This document shows positions 26,233 to 38,600 of a stretch of 64,000 bases of DNA, in pieces (positions within the stretch are counted from its first letter, which is position 1; each line of letters begins with the position of its first letter). A model generated the notes under the pieces. The model made no database searches and was not told the DNA's origin. It worked only from the letters and a program-made list of their open reading frames with translations. Source of the DNA: Rhynchobatus australiae. Taxonomy: Eukaryota. Location of the stretch: contig JAUZTB010000066.1 in NCBI GenBank assembly GCA_034780895.1, positions 20,867,029-20,931,028 of the forward strand, in the 5' to 3' direction. The translations under genes were made by a program, and so were the position numbers.

Positions 26233-26814
26233 TTAGAAGGAGCAGCTACTGGAAATGAAAGTTTGCTGCATCTCTCTCACTTTAATGATGGGAGAGAATG
26301 GTATCACAGTAATACCTTCAGGACTTATTTTTATCTATGTCAGTAAATACTCACCGCAACACCATCCCTGCCTTTCTCGCCAACTTCACCCCTTTCACCT
26401 CGGTCTCCTTTGGCTCCAGTATCACCCTACAATTAATAGCACAATTTTATTGACACGGTTGATGTCACAACAATCATGTTTCTGAATATCAAAAGCAAGA
26501 TTGCAATGCCTCTACTCATCACTCAAGAACACTCAAAAGATCATCTGCACAGTGCGCAGTGCCAATCATTCATGAAGCCATCTTGGGGATATTTCTAGCT
26601 TTTGCTATCTGTCCTTAATTGAACTTGAACTAAGTGCTTCAATGTGCCATTTCAGTTGTGATTTACAAGTCAGCTGAGGTAGATTCCCTTCCCTACATTG
26701 GTGAACAAGATGGGTTTTTATGGCATTTGCGCCAAATTTTATCCCTGATATATTTAATTAATTGCATTTAAATTCTCAGCTACTGCCACAGGATTTTAAC
26801 TCCTGATACTAGAC

Positions 26815-27270
26815 CAGAGGGGAAAGGGGAGAGGGAAAAGATTTAAAAGGGACCTGAGGGGCAACTTTCTTCAGAGGGTGGTGAGTATATGGAACAAGCT
26901 GTAGAGGAAATAGTAGAGGTGGGTACAATTACAGTATTTAAGAGGCATTAACATTGATAAGAAAGGTTGAGAGCGGAATGGGTCAAATGCAGGAAAATGG
27001 AACCAGCTCTGTCAGGAGTCTTAGCACAAACGAGTTGGGCCGAATGGCCTGTTTCCAAGCTGTATGATTCTGTGCCAGTTCCCCATGGCTTTCCATTCCC
27101 CGACTTTTTTTAAAAAATGTATCCACCTCCCTTTTAAATATCTCCAGTGAGCCAGCCTTCAAAAACCTCCAGGGTCGAGAGTTCCAAAAGGTTCACCACC
27201 TTCTGCAAGAAAATTCCTATCCACCTCTCCTAAATAACAGTCCCCTTGTCTTGTAACATTGTCTCCTAGG
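26815..27270. mobile_element. Two CR1 3' fragments in tail-to-tail arrangement
   Basis: Sense tail ending gggccgaatggcctgtttccaagctgtatgattct (~27072), then an antisense fragment with gagagttccaaa..ttcaccaccttctg. Confidence 0.7.
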
Positions 27271-27349
27271 ACACCTTTTAGCTGACACTAAATAGTTAGC
27301 AAGATTCCCTTCCAAACAGTAAAATGAAGCCATGGGGCGATAAAGGAAT

Positions 27350-28170
27350 GGCAATACATTTCCAAGTCAGAGTGGTGTGTGACAGGGAGGAACCTGCAGG
27401 TGGTGGTGCTCCTATGTGCCTACTATCTTTGTGCTGTTGGTCGCAGCTTTGGGAGGGGCTGTGAAAATAGAGTAACGGCAGTGCATTTTATAAGTAGTAC
27501 GGTGTGATGAGGGTAAAACAAATGTTCAAAGTGGTCAGTGAGGGCCAATAAAGCGAGCGTCATTGGCGTTCCACTCATCCAGGCAAGTGGAGAGTATTCC
27601 ATCGTGCTGCTGGTTTGTGCCTTATAGAAAGGGTGGAAAGGATTTGGCATACCAGGAGATAAATCACATTCCATTGGACACTCAGTTGCTGTAGCCATAC
27701 CATTTATGTGGCTGGTTTGGTTTAGTTTCTGGTCAATGGTGACCCCAGGGATGTTGATGGTGGTAACTTGGTGAGGGTGACACCACTGAATGTCAAGGGT
27801 AGATGCTTTGATACTCTCTTATTGTGGATGGTCATTGCTTGGCACATGCATGGTGTGGCTGTTATTTGCCAGCCCATGCCTGAATGTTGCCTTCACCTTA
27901 CTACAATGCAGCCATGGTCTGCTTCATTTCCTGAAGAGCAGCAAATGAAATTGAATGTTATGCAATACATCTGTCTTAGTGAAGGAAGGCCATTGATAAA
28001 GCAGCAGAAAATAGTTGAGGAAAATTGAGGAACTCCTGAAGATACATCTTGGCTTGATTGACTTACTACTCCATCTTCTTTTGTGCAAGAAATGACTACA
28101 ACCATCGTCAGCTAACCAGGGCTTCTTGACATCACAATCAGTTAGCTGCTGCCTGGAAGGGTAGTCACTT
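27350..28170 (-). mobile_element. Decayed L2/Crack-clade LINE 3' portion
   Basis: Minus-strand peptide FYKAQTSSTMEYSPLAWMSG and an RT-thumb-like region (accatcaacatccctggggtcaccattgaccagaaact). Confidence 0.75.
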
Positions 28171-30394
28171 TCACTTTAGCTGACTCCATATTTCTATTTA
28201 TGAAAAGTGAATCACTGCTCGTTGTTTTTTCTTCTGTCCATTCTGTTAAATACCTTAACCCTGCAACCCACAGTATTAGAGAAATAGGACCTCACATATT
28301 CTGCTAAAAGTCCAATTCCTTCCCTTTTCTTTTCTCCTTACTCATGTTTTCCTCTTCCTTCTCACTATACTTTCCCAGGTTATTGTTGGACACTACTGTT
28401 GACAGAAAACTTCCTACCCCAAGTGTTAATAAGTCTTGCATTCTACTCTGTGGCATAGCATGCAAGACTTATTAACACTTGCAAGTAGCCGATCAGAAAA
28501 TTACAAGCTTTGTTTGGTTTTAAAAAAATATATACAGAAGGCATCCTCTAGGGTAAAAAGTTTCCCAGGCAACATTCCATCTGAAATTTTCTTGCAAAAA
28601 TTAGGAAATGACCAATTGAGATATTAGCAGTGAAGGAATAAAAAAACATTATAATAAGCAAGTCACTAGGCATTGGACATGACTTATCAGGATATTTTAG
28701 GCCTTGCTCCCAGTTTGCTGCAGTATAAACATGGGTTACACCAGAACAGCTGGCAACTGCTGCAACCACATCTACCAACTGGAAGTTAGGCTTCTTCAGC
28801 CTTTAGACTTTTGGGATGAGTTAAATGGCATAAACCCCCAGCTGAAATCTCCTGATATTCTCTTCCAAAAGAAAATCATTTGCATAATACATCGATCTGA
28901 CAGTGAACTAGGCTCCTTGAAAAGGTAGAACATATTTGCCAAGTGCCAAGACATTCTGAGATGAAGAGTAACATCCTGTGATTATGGATGGGTCTACCAC
29001 AGTCCAAAAGCATCCATAGCAAAAAATAGCAAATTTAAAACAAGGACCAATGTTAGTACTCACAGGAAGGATATCCCTGGAAAACAGAAGATAATTTATA
29101 AACCCTCTTCCTGTGGAGCAGTCCCATAGTTTGTAAACTTTAAAAAAAAACTCACATAATGGATTTGTATACTGCAGTACATAATAAACACTTCAGATTC
29201 TATGACATTTCGTTGTGCATATTGCCCTCCTGATCCATCCTTTCTTATATATATCACAATTATAAGAAAGGATAATTATTACACTATTCACAAAGTGTAC
29301 ATAAAGCAACTCAATAAACTAGTTTGCCATAGAAACCCACTGCATCCCTCCCACAGCATTTGCTATCTTCCAGATGATTTTCCTATCTAGGAGACTCTGG
29401 CTATTAAATCACATTTTGCATGAATAAATACTTCCTAACATTAGATTTAAACATTTTTTTCCTTTCACTTTTATCAATATCCTTTGGGAAGGGAATCCAT
29501 GTAATACTATTGTGATGCCATGATGAGGGAGCATTGCAGTAATTCTCCTCAGACCAGATTGTTCCAATCCATCTGAATNNNNNNNNNNNNNNNNNNNNNN
29601 NNNNNNNNNNNNNNNNNNNNNNNNNNNNNNNNNNNTTTATTATGAATAAAGTTTATTTTGTTTAAGAAGTTCCCAGAATCTCATCTAAACCTAACTAGAC
29701 AGCATCTAAGAACGTTAAACCAGGAGACTGTGACTAGGTATCTACAAGTTCAGGCTCCTGCAATCCACTGGAGTAGAAGTCTAGAGGCTAGAAATGCAAA
29801 GGTCAGTTGGGGACTCTCGTGATGGAAGAATTCAGGTCATTAGGGATCACAGGAGGCATAAAGGCTCCATATGGGGCTTGGAGAGGAAGTGGGGGCAGAG
29901 GGTATGGTGTGGGGAAGGACTCTTATTACTCCTGGCCAGTAAGGGTTAGTTCTTACCATGAGCTCTTTGGACTTCTCACCATCTCCTGCGATGGTTCCGC
30001 TGCAGGCTTCAGGTGATGCACAATTCCCAGGCTTCTCATTAACAAGTTTATGTTGTCATTGGGCTGCGAATTTAAACCGAGCCCCAGCTACCTGCAGTGG
30101 GACCTTTGAGCAGCTTGGAATATGTGGGTGGGTATAAACTATCTCTGTCCGCTAAGTGAACACAGCCTATGTACACAGCCTATTCTCGACTCCTCCCATG
30201 CAACACTTTTGCTGGTTAAGGTTAACATTGAGAACCAGACGTCTTCTGATGTTGGAGGTGGAGAGATGGAGAAGCATTTCATTGTCTTATCATATAATCA
30301 CTCCCATGATTATTTAGAATAAAAGAAATGATTAATACATAGAACATTGCCTGAAGGGCCTCAACAAATTATTTATTTTAGCCTATAATCACAA

Positions 30395-30545
30395 AAAGCA
30401 GCAAGATAAACACATTGTTTCAAGTACAAAAGCACACATATTGGCCTTTTTAAAATTTTTCTATTTTTAATTAACACGTTACAAAGTACAAAATATACTG
30501 TCTTTTGTTTGAAACATGAGTTAATTTTACTTACAGTACATAAAT
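30395..30545 (-). terminator. Candidate distal poly(A) site on the minus strand (ATTAAA at 30471-30466)
   Basis: On the minus strand, several TGTA motifs and U-rich sequence precede ATTAAA, and a GU-rich tract (tatgtgtgcttttgtacttg...tgtgtttatcttgctgctttttgtg) follows. Confidence 0.45.
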
Positions 30546-32503
30546 TTTCAGTTTCAGCTTAAGACGAGCAAACAAAAGCATGTGCACTTTCTCATATTTA
30601 CAGAGAAATAGCACTGGTTTCAACCAAGCTCTTCTATTCCATCGTTCCTTAGAAAGCTTTTGCTTGTCATTTTAATGTTCATTATAATTAAGGAAACAAA
30701 AGTCTAGCTTTAAAGTATACTCTTGGACTAGATCAGTGACTGTTTCAAAAGTAAACCCTCATTAAAGAAAGAAGTAATTGCCACATTTCTTGTCAGGCAA
30801 AAATACTGTAGCCATTTACTTGTGAACAATATTCCAACTTCTGGTAAAGGCTTACATTTCAGAATGACTTGTCATTGTTGCTGGTTAAGATTTTTCTAAA
30901 AAAATTCCAGCCTTGTGGTTTCAAACCTCAATGTGCGGCCTTCATATCTTCCAGTAGCGGATGACAAGTTTAAGATTTAGTGAGTACCTACTATTGTCAG
31001 GCCAAATCTTAGCCCCCTGTCCAGTCATTAAGTGCTGGTATCAAAACAGTAACAAAAAGTTAAACTCTTGCGTTACTTTTCCACACCCTTCCCCTTACAA
31101 AACTAAACATGTAATGGTGGTTCTTGGAACTTGGTGAGAATCTGTGTACCACAGGAATCAGCAGGACTATTTTAATTAATATTTTGGGACTGCTGTATGC
31201 CACCATGTTTATTGTGTAGGTGATGATCCAGAAATTTACTTAGGAAATATAAAAAAGTTCCATTAAGAATAAATCTTGGCAATTTTTTTTTATTAAGCAG
31301 ATTTAATCTCAGGTGTCCAGTGCTTTCACACATCACAAATAAAACTGATATTGAAGTTCTCCAATATGGTGGACTATTCTAATTGTACAGTACCTGCTCT
31401 TCATCAGTCATCAAGCACTGCTGTAATAGCACACCACTTAAAACAGAGTACTATTTAAGAAGATGCTTATAAGAAGTGTTGAATCTCATGAGAAGTGTGC
31501 ATATTCTTCACAGTGTGATTCCTAATTCAATTTTTTTTTGGAGCAAATAGTGAACATGGAAATCCCTTTCCCAGTCAAAAAAGCACACACAGTGAAATGT
31601 GAAGCTTAACTCCTGTTATTTGCCCTCCATAAACTCTAAAAGGGTGGCTTTGTGCTACCTAAAATGTACCCTAGGATGTCACCGATGCTGAGCCAGTTAT
31701 TTGTTTTAGGGCTGGCTCTCTTTACGAGGTGCTCCCCAGTTGGAGTGCCAATTGACAGAACTCCCCACAGTTCAAAAAATAAACATCTTTGATTTTTAAC
31801 AAATGTGTCAATGATAAGTGATACAAAGGCACTTAAAATGAATTGAAAGCAGTAAACAAAAAGCACTAAATAAAAATCAGTGTTGTACACTATTAAAATA
31901 TCACATTTGCATTTTGAGGGGCATGTTTTAAAACATTTTCTTTAAAAGAACATCTCATTTCTGTCATAATTTTTTTTAGTATTAATTGTTAAAGCCACTA
32001 TCAGCAAAAAAAGAGTACAGGAAGAAAGCACCAATTAAAATCCCATAGCAATTATAATTATATTCATCCAGATACAAGTGTTCCTTATAGATAATTATCC
32101 ATCTATAATTATTGCAGCCTTTGCAATTCAAACATTCAATAAACAACACTGAAGACCAATGCACAAAATGCTGCTCAAAGATGTCATGTGTTTTCCTTAG
32201 ATTGAAAGTCAACAGTATTTTGATATCCTTCCCCTGCATTTCTAGCCCAAGAGTATATTATATCATAACAAATAGTGACTGCTTTCTTAATTGACATCAA
32301 TTGTTAGTTAATTTCTTTTGCAAAAGAGAATAGAATCTTTTGACGTGAAGAATTATCCAGTATGATAGCTTCCTGTGTCACAATAGTATGGATAAAACCA
32401 GCAATGTAATAACACCTGCATTTTAATAGCTCAATCACAAAATAAGAATTCTTTGATTTTCTTTAATGCTGTGTTCCTCACCATCATCAGTCTACACTAT
32501 TAG

Positions 32504-32618
32504 AAGTTAGCAGTTTTCCTTGTGATTGGAGTAGTTTTTAAGAAAGTAGTATATACTGTTACAAGTTAGCAGCTCTCCTTGTGATTGGAATAGTTTTTGG
32601 GAAAATTATATGTTACAA
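32504..32618. repeat. Two-copy tandem duplication, ~59 bp period
   Basis: aagttagcagttttccttgtgattggagtagttttt... at 32504 is repeated as aagttagcagctctccttgtgattggaatagttttt... at 32563. Confidence 0.85.
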
Positions 32619-35600
32619 AGCTTAACCTGACAGTGTGACACCTATCCTTCATATTCAAAATATGCCACTTCTGTGGAGTATTAACAACTGCACAGATCAG
32701 TTAAGCGAAGTGACCAGTTTCATACTATCTTGGTTATTGGATTAACTTGGCATAATTTACATGTGTGGTCTTAAAGTTGGCTCGTTTATTATGAATGTTT
32801 ACTCCAGTATTGAAGGTCTAACATCCTGTACATTTTAGTGAGTGATTAACAGATCGAAACAAAAAAAAGAGCCCGCAGGGGAGGCAATTTGCAAACGAAT
32901 TAGTAAGTAAGAAATACAAATAACCCCTGTTCCATTCATTCGGAACCTTTTCAAGATGCATCACAGCTCATCTGTGCTCAGAGCAGATTGGATAGTTCTG
33001 AAAGAAATCTGGAGAGAAGTAACAATGTGGATAAGTTTATGACAAGGAATTCTCAGTTTTCTATACAAAAAATAGAAAGAGAGAAAGAGAAAAGAAGAGA
33101 GATANNNNNNNNNNNNNNNNNNNNNNNNNNNNNNNNNNNNNNNNNNNNNNNNNNNNNNNNNNNNNNNNNNNNNNNNNNNNNNNNNNNNNNNNNNNNNNNN
33201 NNNNNNNGGCTTGCATTTCTTTGGTTGCTAATTTGGAATCAACTGAGATTCAACTCAGCTGATGTTCAATAACAACTTACATTGCCAGATAGGCATCCTT
33301 ATCTCAGTCTTGATAGAATGGGCCCTGACCATCTGCAAAGTGTTAACTATTGGAAGGCGTTTATGAATCATTAGTTAAAATGGGAAAAAGATAATTTGAG
33401 GTTAAGCTAGTATGCAAGGTATTATGAGATTTATGCCTCATGAACAAACAATATGAAAACATACCAACCTCCAGTCTCTTGACATCAGAAATGGAACAAG
33501 TAACATCTCAAGGTAGTTGGTTTCTAAATTTATTTTAACAATAGGTTTTCTGTTTAATATCCACTCTACAGTTATTTACATTGGGCAAGTGCAAATATCT
33601 GCAGTTCCACAGGACTTCGCTGATGTGGACATGCAACAGAAAAATAGTGATGATGAAGAAGCTATAAGCCCATTCCTTGTCAACAACTGCCAGTCAGCTT
33701 CGATTTTACTCAATTAGTTGAGAGTCAGTGGCTGTTAGTCAGAGGATGTCCAATCAATAGTACTGAGTGGTGAGTAAAACAGAGCCTTAATATACAATGC
33801 AGTGACGAGCTGTCCGTTTAGCAGGGTAATCACCCTTCCTGTCCGCTGCTGTATTCCATTAATGCCATGATCCATTTGTGGTCAAAGCAGTCACTATTTG
33901 TGCAATACTGTGCAAACAACAGACAACCTAATCATGACACAGAACAATCTCTGTAAACACACGGACACAAGAACATCTGTCATTAAGATGTTTTATGAAT
34001 ACTGATCAAGTGGATTCTCCACTGCTTACATTACAGCACCACAGTAAGATTAAAGCATTTTACTGTCAAAACATTCAAAATCTTATTAAATTTTATTTCA
34101 AGAAACTACTTTTTACCTATATATTGCTGCAAGTTAACATGTAACTGCAAAGAGTTGTTCTGCACACTTGTTGCTTCTAATGCATCATATATTTAAAGTT
34201 TCTAATAATCACAGAACAACCTCACTAAAATGAACAGAAATTAACTACGTTAACTTGCAAGTTTAAAAAATCTAAATTGGATACAATCGGAACACTACCT
34301 AATTCCAGTTTATGCTGGTGTGCTTAGCTCCTTTCAAATAATTCACAACTATAATTCGAAATTCTTTCAGGAATAAAACTAAAAAAAAAATCACTAACTT
34401 CTCAAAAACACTTAATTGCAGCAGAAGGCAATTTGAATAAGATCAGCAAATGTGAATATGTTAGCCACAGGGTGACACTGACGTGACCCTGTTACTGAAA
34501 CTGCCCTCAACCACTTTCTCCCCACACAGGTTTGTTCACCAAGAAATACTCGAGCATGCTCACACTGTGGCTGGCATCCAAATCAAAAGATGGCATCCCA
34601 AACTCTATTGGGAAATCCACATTTAAAAAGTACACTCCTTCCACACTCCAACTTCAGTGTCGCTGAAATGCTGCATCACCCTTTGAAAAATATTGTGTTA
34701 CCTTAACTAGTTATGAAGGTACAGGACAATGGGAACAGATTAATAGATGGGAAATGATTGATAGCTGCAATTAAGATTCCAGCAAGTTGGACGTCCTCTT
34801 TTCAATACTGAGTGAAAAAGGAAAATCTGCTGTAGTGTACTACTATATTTTCTAAACAATTTTTTTTTAACGGCATGCACCTGTCAGTGAGTCCTGCTGT
34901 TGGAAATACACACCGAAAAATCTGGGTGGGTGTGTACATCACTTTAAGGCCATTTGAACAAGTGGGTGAAAATTCATTCACTGTACCCTCCAGAATGTTG
35001 AAATGTACTCCTACCAGATGAAGCTTCCCACCNNNNNNNNNNTGGGGCTAGGTTTAGTTCAGCAATTTATAGTCAGAATGTGTAACCTAATATACAAAAA
35101 TAAAATACTAAAGGACTGGAAATTTGAAAGGGAAACAGAAAATGCTTTAAGTTTTCCAATGGAAGGTGAGTGACCTGAAATTAACCTTTGTTTCTAGGCT
35201 GCGTTGCCTGATTTATTGAGTATTTTCTGCAATTTCTGTGAATGTAGTGATAAATGAGCAGAGAGGTGAGCACTTTCCAAGGTGCAAGTACAAATTTTCA
35301 TCATGGCAGTAACAGCCTATCATCAGCAGTAAATCCAACTGCAATCTACTGGGTTATTAGAACATGGCACTCCTTTATCACAAGTGACCAGTCAGGCAAG
35401 AACACCAGAGTGAAATTGGTCTTTGCTAGCCATGTGAAACTGAACAAATCAATAGTTTTACACAACTAATTTTCTTTTGCTTTTGAAGTCAATGGAAAAA
35501 AAGTTCAGGCACAGTGTAAAACTGCTAATGATCTATTACCCATTCCCCATTACTGGGGAAGACCAATTTTACTCTCACACTTTGAAAGGAACCAAATAAT

Positions 35601-38600
35601 TCTAAGATTGGGCAGAGGAATAAGATTTTAAATAGGCCATGTATGCTTAACATTCACTGAAGAAATATTAAACAGTTAGGACACTATTGAAGGTCCCACT
35701 ACAAAAAAGAGTTAGCAAAACTACAACAAAGCCGATTATTTTGTTGCAACTTCTCTCCATTCTCAAACAGAATGTTACATGATCCCTTACACTAGCTTTC
35801 ACTTGGGACGGAACACAGCCTAATTTAGAAATTCAGACATTATCAAAATTAAAGTTATGCAACTGGGGAAAAAAAAGACAAGTATGGACATGACCAAGAC
35901 ACAACACTATCCCAACATCTACTGTTCAACACCTTGCCATTGCCACCAAATGAAATTCTTCCAAATCATGCAGTACAAAAATTCTAAAAACAATTAATCA
36001 ATGATAACAACCAGGCAGCCTCAGGTCTGAATGTTCCTTTGCATTAAATGGACTCCCTTTGTTGTTTGAATTTCACTCCACATTTTTAAAAGCTTTTTTT
36101 TCTAACAAATTCACTCATATTTTGTGAAATGGTAGCACATCTGTACAACATGAACACATCACCATCATTGTTACACCACTAAGTACCAAGATGTTCTCGA
36201 AACAGGCAACATTTGGTACTCCACAGTATTTCTCTACAAAACAATTAGCCTTCCCTCAACCATACTGACTCTATTTCAAAACTTATTTACCTTGAGAGCA
36301 CCAGAGTGTTAAGGTTCCAGGTGCTTCTGTTATCATTGAAACTGACAATGACAGGAATGTTTTGACTGTGTCCACCTTGCNNNNNNNNNNNNNNNNNNNN
36401 NNNNNNNNNNNNNNNNNNNNNNNNNNNNNNNNNNNNNNNNNNNNNNNNNNNNNNNNNNNNNNNNNNNNNNNNNNNNNNNNNNNNNNNNNNNNNNNNNNNN
36501 NNNNNNNNNNNNNNNNNNNNNNNNNNNNNNNNNNNNNNNNNNNNNNNNNNNNNNNNNNNNNNNNNNNNNNNNNNNNNNNNNNNNNNNNNNNNNNNNNNNN
36601 NNNNNNNNNNNNNNNNNNNNNNNNNNNNNNNNNNNNNNNNNNNNNNNNNNNNNNNNNNNNNNNNNNNNNNNNNNNNNNNNNNNNNNNNNNNNNNNNNNNN
36701 NNNNNNNNNNNNNNNNNNNNNNNNNNNNNNNNNNNNNNNNNNNNNNNNNNNNNNNNNNNNNNNNNNNNNNNNNNNNNNNNNNNNNNNNNNNNNNNNNNNN
36801 NNNNNNNNNNNNNNNNNNNNNNNNNNNNNNNNNNNNNNNNTGAGTGTTCAAGTTGTATCCTTACGTAATTTCCAAACATAAATCTTTTTTGACTTAGTTT
36901 CTTCAAAAACAACAGTGTAATCTATCTGAGACCTGCACTGTGTTGTCAGTGAACACAAACTGTGTGGGATTACACAGAGCCCCATGTAGTCAGGCAAGCT
37001 TTGAGCTATATACTGTCCTTTGAAGGCTGTCTGTTAGTCTGAAAATCCCCATTGTGTTCTTTTAGTTCAGTAACATACTGAATAGCAGAGTGAGAGGTTT
37101 CAAACTTATCAGGGATGATTTGCTTGTATTTGCGATGGATCTAGCTCCATCTCTTGGCCCAGGGAACATGAAAGCTCTGCCCATAATTTCCAATTCATTA
37201 AGATAAATAAGTTCACGGCCAAAATGCCTGCAATTTCCTGATGCAAGAGGCTGGTGAGTCACACACATCAATCATTCTGATACCTGTGTCCTAGAGTGTA
37301 ATTTCACGCCTACAGTGCTCTTCTTTATTTGTATTCACCTTGTTTGCTTGGTGAAGAAAATGCATAAATAGTAACTAGTAATTAAATAGTTCTACACATC
37401 ATGAGCTTTAATATGAAGACAACAATGTTGTTAAATGATCCAGCCACATACGCATTATTCTGTAAGGCAACAAAGGATCTCACAAGCTTTCCATTTTAGG
37501 GCCAAAGCAACCAGTTATAATCAATCAATATTCATTTGATTATTATTTAATGCCTTGTATTTTCTCAATATTGAATCAGAAGTACTTTAATGAACTCCTG
37601 TTTTTGACATTATGTAGGATCATCCTCAAAGAGTGTGACTATATTGGGATTAGTGCAGTATGGATGTGAATGATGTTTCTATTTCCAAGCAATTTCCAAA
37701 CACAGACAGCTTCTTTGGAATTAACAACATTAATCGTTTGCTCCAGTAACAGTTTAGGGCTGCCTAACCTGTTTCACTAGGATACTGGAGTTAACAGTCT
37801 GATCAGATTTGGAGCCAACCTAACTACAAGTCCTGTAGCTAATGCAAATTACTGCAATCACCCCCAACCAAGGAGCAGCCATTGGCATACGGAGCCACCG
37901 ACATTACAAATGAAGGTTGAGAATTTCATCATAGATCTAAACGTTATAACAAAAAAGCCAATGTGTCATGGTCTTCCACCAAAGTGTTTGCATGCACACA
38001 AGGAAAACATTTTCCAAAGAATCTATTGTGCAAGTGGTGTTGCCTCTGAGCCAAACTATTCTTAACTATTTATAAAATGGGCTTACTCAACAGAACCTTC
38101 TTCATTTTGTATACATACTTAAAAACAAAACTTTAACTCCTCTCACAAAGAAGCACAAACCATCACACCTTCACCAGACTAACAAAAGAATTTATAATTT
38201 CAGTGGGGTTGTAAATCAGCTGCTTTTTGCACAGGCTATTCAACCCACTACATCTCTGTTGCTGTGAGAAATTTGCACCCATTGTCTCCTTCAAGCCTTT
38301 TTACCATCGTTTACTAAACAGTAGAAGGATTGAGATTAAATGTAGTGTAGATGAGGGGATGATTGCCTATCTCTAAATTATCGCAATAACTGTAAACACT
38401 TGCTATTTCCCCAGGAATAATTATTCACTATTTCTAGTATTAACCCCACCATGTAATTCTCCTTTAAGAAGGTTACATACAAGTAATTTCATGCAAGANN
38501 NNNNNNNNNNNNNNNNNNNNNNNTCCTTCAACTTGCAGCAAAGCAATCAGATGTATAATCAAAACTAAATGAGATCACATTGTTAGTATCATAAATTAAA

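Noticed and set aside
29636-29662. Plus-strand AATAAA (tatgaataaagtttattttg) as a gene end
   Set aside because: It directly follows an N gap and looks like a retroelement tail; no upstream exon supports it.
1-30400. Terminal exons of RCC1L (WBSCR16), the convergent neighbour of CASTOR2 in human
   Set aside because: I scanned the + strand by eye for GELFVWGKN / DQYFPWR / VACGVDH-like exons and found none; they may lie outside the window or in gaps. TBLASTN would settle it.
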